Positions 9,773-19,890 of a DNA stretch of 64,000 bases are shown in pieces. Source of the stretch: Sulfurimonadaceae bacterium. GTDB taxonomy: Bacteria; Campylobacterota; Campylobacteria; Campylobacterales; Sulfurimonadaceae. Position 1 is the stretch's first letter. Each line of letters begins with the position of its first letter. Below the pieces are notes generated by a model that worked only from the letters and a program-made list of their open reading frames with translations, ran no database searches and was not told the origin of the DNA. The position numbers and the translations under genes were made by a program. The stretch is taken from the NCBI GenBank assembly GCA_963664885.2, contig CAXXSB010000015.1, positions 169,427 to 233,426 on the forward strand, read 5' to 3'.

Positions 9773-12322
9773 TTGCCTAAGACGCTTAAAAATTTTATCT
9801 TTGCCATCAATATTATTTTACTTTCATCCCTTTTCGTGATCGTATTTATCGTCACGACCTACCTGCACACTTCGTTGGCGCAAAAAAATGCGATCAAACA
9901 TGCCAACGCGGTTTCCAACCAAGTATTCTCTTCGATGTATCAGGTTATGAAGCGGGGATGGAGCAAAGAGGAACTGAATGATTTTATGTTCTCTCTCAAA
10001 GAGAATTTCGACGACAGCGATTACGAGATCAATATCTACCGAAGCGATCTTGTCAAAGAGCTTTTTGGGGAGGTAAACGAAAAAGAGAAAGACCCTCTTG
10101 TGCGCGAGGTGCTCCTAAACGGCGAGAAGATCAATCGCGGCGATATGAAAACGGTGCGCAACCTTTTGCCGCTCAATGCAAAGCAGGAGTGTCTTAGCTG
10201 CCACGTCAACGCCAAAGTGGGCGATACCCTCGGGGTGATCGATGTGGAACAAAACCTTGTCGACATCATTCAAGAGACCTTTTTGGATTACGTCTATTTC
10301 TTCTTTATCGTTATTCCGCTCTTTATGGTGGCGGCGTTTTTGGCTTCGCGCTACACCTCCAAGCATATCACCTCTTCGCTCGATCTCTTCCGTGCAAAAG
10401 TGGAAAATATCAACTCTATCAAAGATTTCAAAGCGTTCGATTCGACCGATATAGACCTGAAATTCGGCGAGGTGAACGCCATTATCTTGCACGTGAACGA
10501 ACTTGCCAACAAACTCAAAGAGGTCGCGGTAGATAAAGACCTGCTCGAGTTTGAGGTACAGCTGCTCGATAAGTTTATCATCACCTCCGACGTCGTCAAA
10601 GATTGGCGCGATTATATCGGGGAGCTTTTGGGGGATATCAACCGTGTTATGCCTACCTATACCCTTATGACGATCTTCCGCGTCGGAGACGATCAGTTTG
10701 AGGTAGATATTTTTTGGCACGGGATACCTTCGGCAGAGGTCAAAGCAAAGTTCGAGGAGTTTGTCGCAACGTCGATCAGAGAGAACGAACACTTTTTGGG
10801 CTATACCGATTACGTAATTAAGCATAACACCTCCAACCATAACGTTTGTATCAATATGCACGACTACGAATCGTTTGCGCACCGTACCAAATCGCTCTTT
10901 TTGGATACCCCGAAAATCGGCGGTATCGTGGGACTGAGCGTACAGTCGGAAGTGGTGACCGACCCTATCCGCCATATCGTGATCGACAGCATTTTGACCA
11001 CTATGGCAAACCTCGTAGGTTCGGTTAAAGCGATCAACCGCTACACGCACGATTTGGAGTATTACGCCAATCACGATCCTCTTACCGACCTTTACAACCG
11101 CCGTATTTTTATCGACTTTTTGGAGTACGAGATCAAACGTTCGACCCAGCACAATTACAGTTTTGCCCTTTTCGTGATCGACTGCGACAACTTTAAACCT
11201 ATTAACGACAGCTACGGGCACGCTTTTGGCGACATGTTTTTACAAAAATTTGCGGATATTTTGCGCTCCATCAAACGTCCCGAGGATATTTTGGCACGCT
11301 ACGGCGGGGACGAGTTTACGATCATTCTCCCGGAATGCGACCTCAAAGCCGCTTTGGCGATTGCGCAAAGGGTGGTGGATGAGACGCGAGGGTTTAAACT
11401 TGAAACTCCCGATGGAAGCTTTGTAGGGATCACGGCGTCGATCGGCGTGAGCATCTTCCCTGACCATGCCCAAACCCAAAAAGAGCTTTTCATCATCGCC
11501 GACGATATGATGTACCGCGCCAAAGAGGAGGGGAAAAACGGCGTGAAAATCCCTTCGGAAGAGGATGTGCTCTCGGTCGTTAAAGAGCAAAAAGAGAAAT
11601 CGGTACTCCTTGTCGATGCGGTGACCAACAACAAGATCGTTCCCTATTTTCAGCCTATTCGCTCTTTGGCAAGCGGGCGCAACGAGATTCACGAACTTCT
11701 TATGCGCATCGAAATGGACGGCAAGATCATCTCGGCAAACGAGTTTATCGAAGTTGCAGAGAGCATGAGCCTTATCAACCGCATGGATTTGATCGTAATC
11801 GAAAATGCGTTTAAAAAAATGGTCGAAGAGGATTACAAAGGGGTTCTCTTTATCAATCTCTCTCCCAAATCGCTAGTGGTGGGCAACTACGCCGACGCGA
11901 TCACGCAGCTGATCTATAAATACAATATTCCGCGCGAACACGTGGTGTTTGAGATCACCGAGCGCGAAACGGTGAAAAACTTCTCCATCTTGGAAAAATT
12001 CGTCCAAAATCTTAAAATGGCGGGATACCAGTTTGCCATTGATGATTTTGGAAGCGGGTTCTCGTCGTTTCATTACATCAAAAAATTCCCGATCGATTAC
12101 CTCAAAATCGACGGAGAGTTTATTATCAATATCAACAAAGACCCCAAAGACAAGGCGTTTGTGCATAGTATCCTCACCCTCGCCAAAGAGCTTGGGGTAC
12201 AAACCGTCGCTGAGTTTGTAGAGGATGAGGCAATTGTCGCGACACTCAGTGAAATGGGTGTCGATTATCTTCAAGGGTACCACATCGGCAAACCCTCAAG
12301 AGATTTTCAGATCAACTACTAA
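9773..12322 (+). CDS. Membrane sensor diguanylate cyclase/phosphodiesterase (GGDEF-EAL) with a CxxCH-containing periplasmic domain
   Basis: CLSCH in the N-terminal extracytoplasmic part, RYGGDEF (GGDEF), and EITERE plus DDFGSG (EAL). The maximal ORF starts at 9719 (TTG). TTG at 9773 has GAGGAG 5 nt upstream, so it is preferred. Confidence 0.85.
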   Translation: MPKTLKNFIFAINIILLSSLFVIVFIVTTYLHTSLAQKNAIKHANAVSNQVFSSMYQVMKRGWSKEELNDFMFSLKENFDDSDYEINIYRSDLVKELFGEVNEKEKDPLVREVLLNGEKINRGDMKTVRNLLPLNAKQECLSCHVNAKVGDTLGVIDVEQNLVDIIQETFLDYVYFFFIVIPLFMVAAFLASRYTSKHITSSLDLFRAKVENINSIKDFKAFDSTDIDLKFGEVNAIILHVNELANKLKEVAVDKDLLEFEVQLLDKFIITSDVVKDWRDYIGELLGDINRVMPTYTLMTIFRVGDDQFEVDIFWHGIPSAEVKAKFEEFVATSIRENEHFLGYTDYVIKHNTSNHNVCINMHDYESFAHRTKSLFLDTPKIGGIVGLSVQSEVVTDPIRHIVIDSILTTMANLVGSVKAINRYTHDLEYYANHDPLTDLYNRRIFIDFLEYEIKRSTQHNYSFALFVIDCDNFKPINDSYGHAFGDMFLQKFADILRSIKRPEDILARYGGDEFTIILPECDLKAALAIAQRVVDETRGFKLETPDGSFVGITASIGVSIFPDHAQTQKELFIIADDMMYRAKEEGKNGVKIPSEEDVLSVVKEQKEKSVLLVDAVTNNKIVPYFQPIRSLASGRNEIHELLMRIEMDGKIISANEFIEVAESMSLINRMDLIVIENAFKKMVEEDYKGVLFINLSPKSLVVGNYADAITQLIYKYNIPREHVVFEITERETVKNFSILEKFVQNLKMAGYQFAIDDFGSGFSSFHYIKKFPIDYLKIDGEFIININKDPKDKAFVHSILTLAKELGVQTVAEFVEDEAIVATLSEMGVDYLQGYHIGKPSRDFQINY

Positions 12323-12334
12323 AGCGGGGAAGAT

Positions 12335-13840
12335 ATGGCAGACGTCAAAGGGTTTCAAGCAGATGCCAAAGAGCTGGAGATCCTCTACGTCGAGGACAAC
12401 GACGCATTGCGCGTCAATGCCGCCAAACTTTTAGGGAAGTTTTTTAAAGACGTTCATACTGCAAGCGACGGAGCGGAGGGGTTTGCTCTGTTTCGCACCT
12501 TCCGCCCGCGCATCGTTATAACCGACATCAAAATGCCCAATCTCACGGGTACCGAACTAAGCCGTAAAATCCGTCGTCTCGATTCCAAAACAAAAATCAT
12601 TTTTATGTCGGCGTTTGATGAGAAAGAGTATCTCTACGAAGCGATCGAAGTGGGGGCGTTTCGCTACCTTAAAAAGCCCGTCAACCTCAATAATCTCATA
12701 GATATTCTCCATTTGGCGGTCAAAGAGATCAAGCGCGAAGCAGACGAAGAGGTTTTTCGGGAGCAGGTGCAAAATATCTTCAACTACCAAAGCGCGATGA
12801 TCGTGATGTACCGCGAGAGCGAGCCTATTTTAGCCAACCAGTCGTTTTTGGATTTTTTTGCTGCGGAGAGCATGGTCGATTTTTGCGACAAGGTGCATGA
12901 TCTTGGGTCGCTTTTTTTGGAGCACGACGGCTTTTTGTACGACCGCGAGGGGGTAGAGTGGTTTAGCGAGATCACGATCTACAGCGAAAAACTTTTTCAC
13001 GTCAAGATGAAAGACACAGAGGATACGGTGCGCCACTTCCTTTTGAAAGTGCAGAAAATCCCCCATCAAGAGGGGATTTTAATGCTCTCTTTCGATGACG
13101 TAACGGAGCTTAACCTCCTCAAGCTTTTTGATGCAAAACAGCTTCTTGCCGATGTCGCAGAACAAGACACTGCGGCGATCTATAAGCTTTTACATGCCAT
13201 CCAAAGAAATGCGGGAAGCGTGAATCTTTATAACTACTACAAAGGTTTAAGCATCACCCACCCCGCCGTTATCAGCGAGATCAAAGAGGAGACGGTGGTA
13301 TTTAAGACCAACTTTATGCAGCAAAAAGCGATTCAGTACGAGCAGAAGATGCTCATCGTCTCCGACGCGCTTCCTTACACGCTCGAATCTTCGGGTATCG
13401 TAAAGATCAGCTTCGAGTCGCAGGCGGTACATGCCAAGAAGATGCGCTTTGTCAAAACATCCCCCATTATCCGCAAAACGATCCGTTTGGTACCCGAAGA
13501 GGAGCACACCGTGAGCCTTTTTTTGAAAAACTCCAAATATCCGGGGGAGGTGCGCATAGAGGATATCTCGGTCGATTCGGTGCGTCTGAGTCTGAGCGCG
13601 CTTCCTGCGGGGTTGGAGGTTGATAGCGAAGTGATTATCGACATGGTGCTCATGGCGGATCGCAAACCGCTTATCATCAACACGGCGGCGACGCTTTTAA
13701 AAAAGATAGAGAACAAATACGATTTCTCTTTGGTGTTTATGTTCCACTATAAAACGGGGCAAAAAACCGAGATGATTCAGTATATTTCCAAACGTCAGAT
13801 GGCGATCATCCGTGAATTTAAAGGACTGCAAAATGGGTAA
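12335..13840 (+). CDS. Response regulator (REC) with a long C-terminal region ending in a PilZ-like domain
   Basis: REC motifs are LYVEDND, ITDIKMP and the lysine in LKKP. C-terminal GEVRIEDISVDSVRLSL is PilZ-like. Confidence 0.8.
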   Translation: MADVKGFQADAKELEILYVEDNDALRVNAAKLLGKFFKDVHTASDGAEGFALFRTFRPRIVITDIKMPNLTGTELSRKIRRLDSKTKIIFMSAFDEKEYLYEAIEVGAFRYLKKPVNLNNLIDILHLAVKEIKREADEEVFREQVQNIFNYQSAMIVMYRESEPILANQSFLDFFAAESMVDFCDKVHDLGSLFLEHDGFLYDREGVEWFSEITIYSEKLFHVKMKDTEDTVRHFLLKVQKIPHQEGILMLSFDDVTELNLLKLFDAKQLLADVAEQDTAAIYKLLHAIQRNAGSVNLYNYYKGLSITHPAVISEIKEETVVFKTNFMQQKAIQYEQKMLIVSDALPYTLESSGIVKISFESQAVHAKKMRFVKTSPIIRKTIRLVPEEEHTVSLFLKNSKYPGEVRIEDISVDSVRLSLSALPAGLEVDSEVIIDMVLMADRKPLIINTAATLLKKIENKYDFSLVFMFHYKTGQKTEMIQYISKRQMAIIREFKGLQNG

Positions 13841-14594
13841 CAACGAACATATTTTATACGACGACGGCGTGCACAAGTGCGTGATGTTTAGTTTTGACGA
13901 CGAGTCGCACGAGGATTCTTACCTTTCGGTGAACCAGTTTTTAATCGTGCAAAAAGGGAGTGCGATCCTTATTGACCCGGGAAGCGAAGCGATCTTCGGC
14001 GACCTGATGGACGCCGTTAGTAAGCACGTGGCGATCGAGAATATCAAATTTATTTTTCTCTCCCACCAAGACCCCGACGTCTCGGGTTCTATTGCACAGT
14101 GGAGCGTGAGTACCAACGCGAAGTTTATCCTCTCATCGCTGTGGGTACGGTTTATGAGCCACTACGGGTTTATGGATATGTCGCGCATCATGGCGCTTCC
14201 CGACCACGGTGCGAAGCTGAACTTCGGGGAGCATTACCTTAAATTCGTCCCCGCCCATTTTCTCCATTCTCCGGGAAATTTCTCTCTTTATGATTCCGCT
14301 TCCAAAATAGTGTTTTCGGGCGATATCGGCGCGGCGATCGTAAACGCGATAAACAACCAAAAATATGTCGAGGATTTTAGCGCACATGCCAAGCATCTGG
14401 AGGGGTTTCATAAACGCTACATGGGCTCAAACAAACTTGCCCGCGCATGGGTAGAGGAGATCGAGAAGCTCGACGTAGAGATGATAGCGCCTCAGCACGG
14501 GTTTGTTTTTAAAAACGAAAACGCAAAGGAGTTCTTGGCATGGTTTAAAGAGCTTCGCTGCGGCAGCGATTACCTAGAAGAGCTTTATAGGTAG
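13833..14594 (+). CDS. Stand-alone metallo-beta-lactamase-fold protein resembling the di-iron domain of flavodiiron proteins
   Basis: SHQDPDVSGS, HFLHSPGN, FSGDIG and APQHG blocks align with flavodiiron (FDP) N-terminal domain ligand positions. No flavodoxin domain. The ATG overlaps the upstream stop by 8 nt. Confidence 0.65.
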   Translation: MGNNEHILYDDGVHKCVMFSFDDESHEDSYLSVNQFLIVQKGSAILIDPGSEAIFGDLMDAVSKHVAIENIKFIFLSHQDPDVSGSIAQWSVSTNAKFILSSLWVRFMSHYGFMDMSRIMALPDHGAKLNFGEHYLKFVPAHFLHSPGNFSLYDSASKIVFSGDIGAAIVNAINNQKYVEDFSAHAKHLEGFHKRYMGSNKLARAWVEEIEKLDVEMIAPQHGFVFKNENAKEFLAWFKELRCGSDYLEELYR

Positions 14595-14597
14595 ATT

Positions 14598-16076
14598 ATG
14601 CAACGTTTAGAACTGATCTTTGATGCAATCCCCAATATTATGATGGTGGCAAACCGCCGCAAACTCTTTAAAGCAAACCGCGCCATGCTCTCTTTTTTCG
14701 GGGTAGAAGATACCGAAGCGTTCCGCGCAAAACACAAATGTATCTGCGAGTTGTTTTTGGAGGAGGAGGGGTGTGTAAAAGATACGATAGAGGGGGTCTA
14801 CTGGCTTGAGTATCTCGCCGCACACCCCCAAAGAAGTTTCAAAGCGGCGTTAGCGAGGGAGGGGAAGAAGTATTATTTTCAGCTCTCGGTGCAGGATCTT
14901 CACTACGAGCTTGATGAAGCCTATTTGATACTTCTTAACGACATTACCGAGATAGAGCTTCAGCGCGAACGGCTGGAGTTTGCGCTTCGCGGCAGCAGCG
15001 ACGGGCTGTGGGATTGGAATCTGCTTACCAACGAGATTTATTTCTCGCCGCGTTGGAAAGAGATGCTCGGCTATAAAGACGACGAACTCCCCTGCACCCT
15101 TGCCGAATGGGAAAAACGGGTGCACCCAGACGATCTGCAAAATGCGCTAAGCGACATTAACCATGCCATAGAACACAAAACCTCTTTTTACCATAATATC
15201 CACCGTCTGCGCCATAAAGAGGGGCATTGGGTATGGATTCTCGATCGGGGGGATACGATCGTCGATAAAGAGGGGCGCGCGGTACGGATGCTCGGGTTTC
15301 ACACCGACATAAGCGATTTGAAAAACTACGAAGCGCAGATGCTTGAAAAAGAGGAGATTATGCTTGCGCAGTCGCGTCATGCGGCGATGGGGGAGATGAT
15401 AAGCATGATCGCCCACCAGTGGCGCCAGCCTATCAGCATCATCGCCATGGAGGCAAATACCGTCCTCGCCGATATCGAGCTTGGCATGTTACAAGAAGAT
15501 GCGCTTAAAGAGACGGCGGAGGGTATCCTCAAACAAACACAGGAACTCTCCAAAACCATAGATGATTTTAGAAACTTTTTTAGACCCGACAAACAAGCGG
15601 AATTTATCCGTTTTGAAGCCCTTTTGGATGAAACATGCGGGGTGATAGAGGGCTCTTTGGCGTACCACAAGATCGAATTTATTCGGGAGTACGACAAAGA
15701 GATCGAGATATTCACCTACTCGCGGGAGCTGATGCAGGTGCTTATCAACATTATCAAAAACGCGCAGGAAGCTTTGGTGGAACAAAAGATAGAGGCAAAA
15801 AAGATAACGCTGCGCGCATATAAAGAGGGGGAGAGGTTTTTTATATCGATCTGCGATAATGCAAAAGGGGTCAAAGAGACCTACAAAGAGAAGATATTCG
15901 AACCCTACTTCACGACAAAAAAGGCACGCGAGGGAACGGGGCTTGGACTTTACATCAGTAAAATTATCGTTCAAAAGCATTTACAGGGTAAAATATCACT
16001 CAATAATGAAAAAGAGGGAGCCTGCTTTATCGTAGAGCTTCCCTTGGTGCTTCAACAAGAGGGCACGACGGAGTAA
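14598..16076 (+). CDS. PAS-domain sensor histidine kinase
   Basis: Two PAS-like regions, H-box SMIAHQWRQP, and N/G boxes (IIKNAQEA, GTGLGLYISK). Confidence 0.85.
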   Translation: MQRLELIFDAIPNIMMVANRRKLFKANRAMLSFFGVEDTEAFRAKHKCICELFLEEEGCVKDTIEGVYWLEYLAAHPQRSFKAALAREGKKYYFQLSVQDLHYELDEAYLILLNDITEIELQRERLEFALRGSSDGLWDWNLLTNEIYFSPRWKEMLGYKDDELPCTLAEWEKRVHPDDLQNALSDINHAIEHKTSFYHNIHRLRHKEGHWVWILDRGDTIVDKEGRAVRMLGFHTDISDLKNYEAQMLEKEEIMLAQSRHAAMGEMISMIAHQWRQPISIIAMEANTVLADIELGMLQEDALKETAEGILKQTQELSKTIDDFRNFFRPDKQAEFIRFEALLDETCGVIEGSLAYHKIEFIREYDKEIEIFTYSRELMQVLINIIKNAQEALVEQKIEAKKITLRAYKEGERFFISICDNAKGVKETYKEKIFEPYFTTKKAREGTGLGLYISKIIVQKHLQGKISLNNEKEGACFIVELPLVLQQEGTTE

Positions 16077-16079
16077 AAG

Positions 16080-17330
16080 ATGGAAAATACTTATATAGCA
16101 CGCCAACCTATCGTCGATAAACAGGAACACATATTCGCCTATGAGCTGCTTTATCGCGATGCGCAAGGGCACGGCGGCGTAGAAAACGGACGCTATGCAA
16201 GCGTTTCGGTGATTACGGGAGTGTTAAACAAGTTCGGTACCCATAAGCTTTTGGGGGGGCGCAAAGCATTTGTGAAGATCGACGAAAAATTTTTGATGAG
16301 CGATATGATTCTCAGCGTGCCCAAGGAATTCTTCGTATTCTCCCTGCTTGATACCATAGAGATGCACGAGAGAGCACTCGAGCGCATAGAAGCACTTGCG
16401 TCGCGCGGGTATGAACTATGCATCAACGATACCCGTTTTACGTACGAAAATTTTAAGCGCTACGAGAGCGTACTTGGGTGTTTTAGCTATGCCAAAGTCA
16501 ATATAGCCGAGTGTGCGGGTTCGAGCGAGGCAAAAGAGGTGATCGGCATGCTGCGCGCGAATAAGATCAAGGTGATCGGAACGCGTATCGAAGAGAAAGA
16601 GCAAAGAGAGAGCGCGATACGACTCGGGTGCGAGTATTTTCAGGGGTACTATTTTGCAAAACCCAATATCATAGAAAATAAAAAGTTCGAACCCAGCCAG
16701 TTGGCGGTGATGAAACTCTATAGACTTTTAATGCAGGATGAGGATATAGATGCGATAGCGGGCGAGTTTGAGAAAAACTACGCGATCTCGGTGCAGCTGC
16801 TGCGTTTTATCAACTCCGGCGCGTTTTCGTTCCGCAATAAAATCTCTTCGATCCGCCACGTAATGGTGCTTGTGGGGCGCAAACCTTTGGCACAGTGGCT
16901 GATGCTGATGATCTACTCCAAATCGGTCTCAAAGCTTGATGAGTTCTCCCCTTTGATGCTCCTTGTCAAATCGCGTACCGAATTGATGGAAGCATTGGTG
17001 CGCTCAGTTGCGCCTAATGCTTCAAACGAACTTTTGAGCGAGGCGTATTTCGTCGCGGTGCTTTCACTGATCGATACGATCTTTGAGGTGCCTCTTGAAG
17101 AGATTTTGGTGCACTTAAACGTCTCCGATGAGATCGTCAATGCGATCTTGAGGGATGAGGGACTGCTGGGGGAGTTGTATGCGCTTATACGCCATATCGA
17201 ATCGTTTGATACGCAAGCGATTACCCAGTTTGTGCAAAAATACAAGGTGCCTCACGAGAAGATAGACGATGCGATCTTTAAAAGTATCGAGAGCGTCAAT
17301 AAGTTTGAAGAAGCCAAACACGAAGCGTAA
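16080..17330 (+). CDS. EAL + HDOD domain signalling protein
   Basis: The N-terminal EAL-like domain has YELLYR and the C-terminal HDOD-like region has LLRFINS. Only 3 nt lie after the kinase gene. Confidence 0.75.
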   Translation: MENTYIARQPIVDKQEHIFAYELLYRDAQGHGGVENGRYASVSVITGVLNKFGTHKLLGGRKAFVKIDEKFLMSDMILSVPKEFFVFSLLDTIEMHERALERIEALASRGYELCINDTRFTYENFKRYESVLGCFSYAKVNIAECAGSSEAKEVIGMLRANKIKVIGTRIEEKEQRESAIRLGCEYFQGYYFAKPNIIENKKFEPSQLAVMKLYRLLMQDEDIDAIAGEFEKNYAISVQLLRFINSGAFSFRNKISSIRHVMVLVGRKPLAQWLMLMIYSKSVSKLDEFSPLMLLVKSRTELMEALVRSVAPNASNELLSEAYFVAVLSLIDTIFEVPLEEILVHLNVSDEIVNAILRDEGLLGELYALIRHIESFDTQAITQFVQKYKVPHEKIDDAIFKSIESVNKFEEAKHEA

Positions 17331-17367
17331 TATTGTTATAATGGCACACTTCTTTTAAGGTGCCCCG

Positions 17368-18738
17368 ATGCAAACGACCCACACGAAATTCTCTACCCTT
17401 TCTCTCTCCCATGCCATGCTCCAAAATTTGGAGCGCATAGGCTACAACGAGATGACCCCCATCCAAGCCGCCGCACTTCCCAGCGTACTTCTTGGCAAAG
17501 ATATCATTGCCCAAGCCAAAACGGGAAGCGGCAAAACCGCAACGTTCGGGATAGGGCTGCTGAGCCGTTTGGATGTAAAAAAGTTTCGCGTCCAGTCGCT
17601 TATTCTCTGCCCTACGCGCGAACTCGCCGATCAGGTGGCGAAAGAGCTGCGGATGTTGGCAAAGTTTGCGCACAACATTAAAATTCTCACCCTCTGCGGA
17701 GGTGCGGCGTTTGGTCCGCAGTACGGTTCGCTCCAACACGGTGCGCATATCGTGGTGGGAACCCCGGGGCGTGTTTTAAAACATTTGCAAAAAAACTCCC
17801 TTAACCTTGAGAACCTTGAGACACTCGTGCTTGATGAAGCCGATCGTATGCTCGATATGGGGTTTATCGAAGAGATCGAAGCGGTTTTGGCATTTGCGCC
17901 CAAAGAGCGCCAAAGCCTTTTGTTTTCGGCGACCTATACCGATGAGGTGCTCGCTATCAGCCGCACGATCCAAAACGACCCCGTAAGTATTCGCATCGCC
18001 GAAGAGGAGAGCAAGAACAAGATACTCGAGAGGTTTTACGAGACCGAGGATAAATTTGCGACGCTTCTAAAAATTCTATCTACCTACAAACCTAAAAACG
18101 CCATTGTTTTTACTAACACAAAAGCAGAGGCGGACGTTTTGGCGCAGGAGATGCAAGGACATGCCATAGATGCGCTCGCACTCCACGGCGATTTGGAGCA
18201 GTATGACCGTAACGACGTGTTAGTGCAGTTTGCTAACAAGAGCTGCCGTGTGTTAGTCGCAACCGACGTTGCCGCGCGCGGACTCGACATAAAAGAGCTT
18301 GCAATGGTCGTAAACTACGATCTGCCCCACACCCAAGAGACCTATACCCACCGCATAGGGCGTACGGCAAGAGCGGGGGAAGAGGGGCTTGCGATGAGCC
18401 TTTACACAAGCTACGAAGCGCAAGATGCCCGTGAATTTGCAGGGGGCGAGCGGGAGTTTTTAGAGGACTCTTCCTTGGCATGTGAGAGAGATTTTAGTAT
18501 GCTCAGCGAGTATATCACCCTCGTGATCGAAGGGGGCAAAAAGGAGAAACTCCGCGCAGGCGACATCCTCGGCGCACTCACGGGCGAGGGGGGTTTGAGC
18601 GGAAGCGAGATCGGCAAGATAGATATTTACGAGCGCCAAAGCTACGCGGCGATCCAAAGCGCCAAGATCGACGATGCGTATGACCGCCTCAAACACGGCA
18701 AAATCAAAGGGAAAAAGTTTTCTATCTGGATCTTGTAG
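17368..18738 (+). CDS. dbpA: DEAD-box ATP-dependent RNA helicase, DbpA-like
   Basis: AKTGSGKT, DEAD, SAT and HRIGRTAR motifs, plus a C-terminal DbpA-type RNA-binding extension. Confidence 0.85.
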   Translation: MQTTHTKFSTLSLSHAMLQNLERIGYNEMTPIQAAALPSVLLGKDIIAQAKTGSGKTATFGIGLLSRLDVKKFRVQSLILCPTRELADQVAKELRMLAKFAHNIKILTLCGGAAFGPQYGSLQHGAHIVVGTPGRVLKHLQKNSLNLENLETLVLDEADRMLDMGFIEEIEAVLAFAPKERQSLLFSATYTDEVLAISRTIQNDPVSIRIAEEESKNKILERFYETEDKFATLLKILSTYKPKNAIVFTNTKAEADVLAQEMQGHAIDALALHGDLEQYDRNDVLVQFANKSCRVLVATDVAARGLDIKELAMVVNYDLPHTQETYTHRIGRTARAGEEGLAMSLYTSYEAQDAREFAGGEREFLEDSSLACERDFSMLSEYITLVIEGGKKEKLRAGDILGALTGEGGLSGSEIGKIDIYERQSYAAIQSAKIDDAYDRLKHGKIKGKKFSIWIL

Positions 18739-19242
18739 ATGCACGAGCTCAAGTATCTTCACCACTACCATGAGAGCACAAAAGAGCAGGTGCGAAAGTT
18801 GATCCAAAGCGGTCGCCTCCAAGAGCATCTGCAAAAAAAATACCCCGCCCCACATGCCATAACCGACGACAAAACCCTTTTTGAGTATGTGCAAAAGCTC
18901 AAAAACGAGCATATGAAAAAAGCGCCGCCGCTTAGTAAAGCACTTTATGATGGCAAGATCAATGTTATTCACAATGCTTTGGGCACCCACCATTTTATCT
19001 TACGCGTGCAAGGGGGCAAGCTCAAAGCCAAAAACGAGATAAAAATTGCCTCGATGTTCAAAAACGTCCCCGAGGAATTTTTACGCATGATCGTCGTGCA
19101 CGAACTCGCCCACTTTAAAGAGAAAGAGCACAACAAAGCGTTTTACAACCTTTGTGTCTACATGGAACCGAACTACCATCAGTACGAATTTGACCTGCGT
19201 CTCTACCTCACCCATCTTGAGAGCGCGCAAAAGATTTGGTAG
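18739..19242 (+). CDS. YgjP-like (DUF45/M48-type) metal-dependent hydrolase
   Basis: HELAH zinc motif in the context MIVVHELAHFKEKEH. Confidence 0.7.
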   Translation: MHELKYLHHYHESTKEQVRKLIQSGRLQEHLQKKYPAPHAITDDKTLFEYVQKLKNEHMKKAPPLSKALYDGKINVIHNALGTHHFILRVQGGKLKAKNEIKIASMFKNVPEEFLRMIVVHELAHFKEKEHNKAFYNLCVYMEPNYHQYEFDLRLYLTHLESAQKIW

Positions 19243-19253
19243 GTTGCAAGATT

Positions 19254-19283
19254 TCGTCACCCTGAACTCGATTCAGGGTCTAG
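19254..19283. repeat. 30-nt intergenic repeat tcgtcaccctgaactcgattcagggtctag (copy 2)
   Basis: Identical to 6746-6775. Confidence 0.8.
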
Positions 19284-19438
19284 GTTCCCTAAGAGGTCTA
19301 TTTAGTAATTTTCTGCATCACGCTTTAGCGTAGAAGCCTCATTTTGGTATGGCATGTAGGTGGATTGAATATAAAATTTCGTTAATACTATTATAAGTTT
19401 TATCCACTACAATATTTGCAAATTTCCAAGGAGTTTCA

Positions 19439-19867
19439 ATGAAAAACTTTATCTCGAAAATCGCTTTGGCGACGCTGTTGCTTTCTCCCGTTTCCCTTTT
19501 TGCCGAGAGCGCGAAAAATCTTATGGTGATCGTAACGACTGATGACGATCTTACGCAGTTCATGTCGATGGTGCTTTCGGTCGAATCGCAGGCTAAGGGT
19601 GCCAAAGTGGGCGTATTGCTTTGCGGCAAAGCGGGTGATTTGGCTATAAAGGGTTCTGAGGAGGTGTTTTTCAAACCCAAAAACGTCTCTCCGCAGATGT
19701 TGCTAAAAAAGCTGATCAAAAACGGAACCGAAGTGGGGATCTGCCCGCCGTATCTGCCTAACAACGGAAAAACAAAAGCAGACCTTATCGAGGGTGTGCA
19801 GGTAGTAAGCCCGCCCGATATCGCCGAGCGTATCTTGGATAAAGACACAAAAATCCTCAGCTACTAA
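19439..19867 (+). CDS. Secreted DsrE/DsrF-like family protein (tentative)
   Basis: Signal peptide. LMVIVTTDD...GAKVGVLLCG resembles the DsrE-type fold. Weak call. Confidence 0.45.
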   Translation: MKNFISKIALATLLLSPVSLFAESAKNLMVIVTTDDDLTQFMSMVLSVESQAKGAKVGVLLCGKAGDLAIKGSEEVFFKPKNVSPQMLLKKLIKNGTEVGICPPYLPNNGKTKADLIEGVQVVSPPDIAERILDKDTKILSY

Positions 19868-19871
19868 AAAT

Positions 19872-19887
19872 CTGCCCAAAAGGGCAG
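19872..19887. terminator. Hairpin ctgccc-aaaa-gggcag between convergent genes
   Basis: 6-bp GC-rich stem. It has an A-run on one side and is followed by a T-run when read on the minus strand. Confidence 0.5.
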
Positions 19888-19890
19888 GTG

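Noticed and set aside
10115-11221. A 368-aa ORF antisense to the GGDEF-EAL gene. Similar long antisense or shadow ORFs include 18460..18993, 31963..32487, 47374..47943 and 49993..50541.
   Set aside because: They lie entirely within well-supported genes on the opposite strand. They have no recognisable motifs and an Arg/His/Val-rich shadow-frame composition.
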